A stretch of 64,000 nucleotides of DNA from Podarcis muralis (Eukaryota), in the NCBI RefSeq assembly GCF_964188315.1, contig NC_135661.1, positions 47,864,001-47,928,000 of the forward strand, in the 5' to 3' direction. The position numbers and the translations under genes are program-made. Below are positions 61,564 through 64,000 of the stretch, piece after piece; position 1 is the first letter of the stretch; the number at the start of each line of letters is the position of its first letter. The notes under the pieces were generated by a model. It had not been told where the DNA came from. It saw only the letters and a program-made list of their open reading frames with translations, and did not search any database.

Positions 61564-61638
61564 CTTCCTACACCTGAGTTTCCTCATCGGGGTCTTTCGA
61601 GGTGCCCTCACCATTCTGCAACACCACTGCACATAGAG

Positions 61639-61774
61639 CAGGCTTCCTCAACCTTGGCCCTCCAGATGTTTTGAGACTACAATTCCCATCATCTCTGACA
61701 ACTGGTCCTGCTAGCTAGGGATCATGGGAGTTGTAGGCCAAAAACATCTGGAGGGCCAAGGTTGAGGAAGCCTG
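61639..61774. mobile_element. Palindromic hAT MITE, 136 bp
   Basis: ~50-bp near-perfect inverted arms starting CAGGCTTCCTCAACCTTGGCCCTCCAGATGTTTT; 8-bp TSD ACATAGAG / ACCTAGAG. Confidence 0.93.
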
Positions 61775-61894
61775 ACCTAGAGGGCGAGTGGACTAGCAGG
61801 CCCAGGAGTCATGCACCTCTGTCTCCATCCTCCAGAATAATTGAAGGAAAACATAGACTGATTTGGATCGAAACAGGCCACATGTCCGAGCCCA

Positions 61895-62025
61895 TGTATT
61901 TCTGCCTCAGACCCACACCTGCAAGATGAAGATAGTAAAAAAAGAACTGCTTTACAGGGTTGTTGTAAGGATTGAGGATAGAATGAATCTGAGGATCTTT
62001 GAGCACTCAAAACACTATAAAAATG
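61895..62025 (+). mobile_element. Ancient MIR/CORE-SINE-like fragment
   Basis: ttctgcctcag...ctgcaagatgaagatagtaa...acagggttgttgtaaggatt resembles the recalled MIR core and 3' region. Confidence 0.5.
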
Positions 62026-62781
62026 GTAAACATGAGTAAATCATCTAAAGCCATTTGCAAACGTAGGACAAATTCTGCAGAACATAGATTCCTTTGCAAG
62101 AGGACTTTTAAACTATTTTACTTGCTACTTTCAGAAACATTCAGCTCCTGCCTCCACATTCAGTTCATTGATGAACATTATTGGGCACTGCTTTTGAATC
62201 AATGAGGGGTTTTATGGCAGATCCACTTGCAGGATTCTGAATATTAATCATACCAAAGAAGAAAAAAGAAAGACAGGATCAAGGCCAAGTAGCATAGATG
62301 GTCAGTAGATCTATCATCCACCAGTTGCACTCTGTGGGCACAAGCAGGTGGACGGTCTCAGCTGATGGAGTGGGAAGTCTAATCTGAAGCACATGACCCA
62401 CTATGCAACATGCAGATTGGGAGGCTGCAAGAAGCTCTATCCCCCCTCCTTTATTCCAAGTGCAGTCATTTAATTGTCTCCCTGAAATACTTGATCAAGT
62501 CAAGCAAACAAATAAACAAATGAAATCACTGTAAGCAGTGTGCCCAAGTGTCCCTCTGGGTATATATAATTCACACAGGAACGTATCATGTATTATCTGA
62601 ACTGCCAAGAGAAACCATATGCTCTGCCAACTCTTATCTTCTAGTAGCTGTCCTTGGTAACTTATTGTCTCTCTTTTTTCTTCTAAAGTTGCCTTTGGGG
62701 ATGTCTTTAAAAAATGCTATTAGTGGGAGTTAATGTTTCCTTTAAGAACATAAGTGTCCTCTGGATCGGGTTCTTCTAGGC

Positions 62782-63271
62782 CCGGGGTCTGCAACCTTTA
62801 AGACAAAAAGAGCCACTTGGACCCGTTTCCGAAGAAAAAAAATCTGGGAGCCGCAAAACTCGTCATTATAAAAATAACTTTTTTGTCACTTTTTTATTAT
62901 TTCTTTGTTTGACCCCTCAGAATTACTCCTCCTCATAGAAATAAACGTTAAATTAACAAGTTACCTTTTTGTGTGTGTGTGTGTTCACTCCCCTTCAAAA
63001 CAGTGACCAGTGTACATGACCCCTTTCAATGCAGTGGCCAGCGTACATGCCCCTTACAATGTAGCGGGCTCGGGAAGGTGACGTTGGGACGATGCGTGAC
63101 TAACGCGCGCACCGCCCCCATGCGACGTCACAGCCAGTACAGCACCCGCCACAGTGGGGAGTGTCGGGGTGCACAATGCACCTCCTCCCCTCGCTAGTAT
63201 CCGCCCCGGAGCCGCAGCAAAGGTGTAAAAGAGCCACATGCGGCTCCGGAGCCGCGGGTTGCAGACCCCTG
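62782..63271. mobile_element. Young non-autonomous hAT-Charlie element, 490 bp, inserted in an old CR1 tail
   Basis: 15-bp TIR CCGGGGTCTGCAACC / GGTTGCAGACCCCTG; perfect 8-bp TSD TTCTAGGC at 62774-62781 and 63272-63279; CpG-rich. The flanks rejoin into a minus-strand CR1 3'UTR (taagaacataag...cagcatcctgttttcacagtggcca). Confidence 0.96.
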
Positions 63272-64000
63272 TTCTAGGCCAGCATCCTGTTTTCACAGTG
63301 GCCATCTAGATGCATGTGGGAAGTCCAATAGCAGGACCTGAGTTCAACAGCACTTTTCCCTCCTGTTTCCAGAAACTGGTATTCAGAAGCATGCTGTACT
63401 CAGGGTATATCTCCCTCAACATGGTGCCTAGGGAATAAGGCCATAAGAATACTTGCTTACCAGGGAGTATGCCCCGTTGAAGTCAGTAACAGTAGGCACA
63501 CAGGCATGAACCCCTGTATCTGCAACACTACTGCTTCAGTATTCCACTTCCAGGAAAGAATGGCCGTGCTCCACATTACTGGACCCAGGCATCATATATG
63601 TTTCAAAGCAGAAAAGTGGGTTGTGTGGGAGTGTTGTCTATGGATTCACAGAGGATGAGGGGGAGGATGTCACCTAATCCACTTACTTTCTGCAACTGTC
63701 TTATTTTCTTATGTGCTTACAAGGAAAGATTGCTAAATGCTCTTGGAAACTGTGGCAGTCCAGGAGATCTTGCTGTAGACATGCTGAATTCAACTTGTGC
63801 ACAGCTCAAATGGTGTCAATATAATGGTCCCAGGCATCAGGATCCAATCTACCCTGGATGACTTTTCAGTACACTTAGTGGTTCAATGTGTGTGCACATT
63901 CAGCTATTGATCACAATCACATCAAACCCTTAAAACACTATTCTCCTTTAACAGCCACAGATTCCTCACATAATCGGGTACCTGGGTACTGTAGTGAGCT

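Noticed and set aside
62990-63271. CpG-rich patches as possible CpG-island promoters (also 5512-5862, 11000-11360, 51076-51430)
   Set aside because: Each lies entirely within a young transposon bounded by TIRs/TSDs or SINE ends.
186-63861. The many 60-150 aa ORFs of the supplied track outside LINE fragments (for example 18124-18564, 35594-35980, 43884-44228, 55971-56366)
   Set aside because: They show no recognisable domain, low-complexity or antisense-to-repeat composition, and lengths expected by chance in 64 kb of vertebrate DNA; several span N gaps.
1-64000. Endogenous non-retroviral virus genes, rRNA, snRNA or mitochondrial insertions
   Set aside because: I recognised no matching sequence or protein motif by eye; a BLAST/Infernal search would be needed to exclude them formally.

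Overview
This window is vertebrate nuclear DNA, almost certainly from a squamate reptile and probably a lacertid lizard. That assignment is inferred from the SINE families present: Sauria/Squam1-type, Squam2-like and Squam3-like. It looks intronic or intergenic, and I could not confidently recognise any host protein-coding gene, tRNA gene, rRNA or CRISPR array. The ORFs I can assign to a protein family are truncated retrotransposon ORF2 ends (CR1, L2, RTE). The remaining interpretable sequence is transposable elements: tRNA-derived SINEs, solo LTRs with 5-bp target duplications, hAT MITEs with 8-bp TSDs, Tigger/pogo-like MITEs (one nested in another), an old AT-rich dispersed repeat family and a heavily eroded DIRS/Ngaro-like element. 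The most unusual observations are the Ngaro-like fossil with tyrosine-recombinase and SGNH-hydrolase motifs, and a SINE whose 5' junction is triplicated and creates an inverted octamer pair. A perfect hairpin that looks like a template-switch scar lies about 130 bp from that SINE. Also unusual are an RTE insertion with a ~60-bp target duplication, a Tigger-like MITE flanked by AA instead of TA, and two assembly gaps of identical length (143 N). A few splice-site-flanked open frames could be exons of an unrecognised host gene, but this is speculative. I found no convincing novel biological system. All family names come from recall of consensus sequences, not from database searches.
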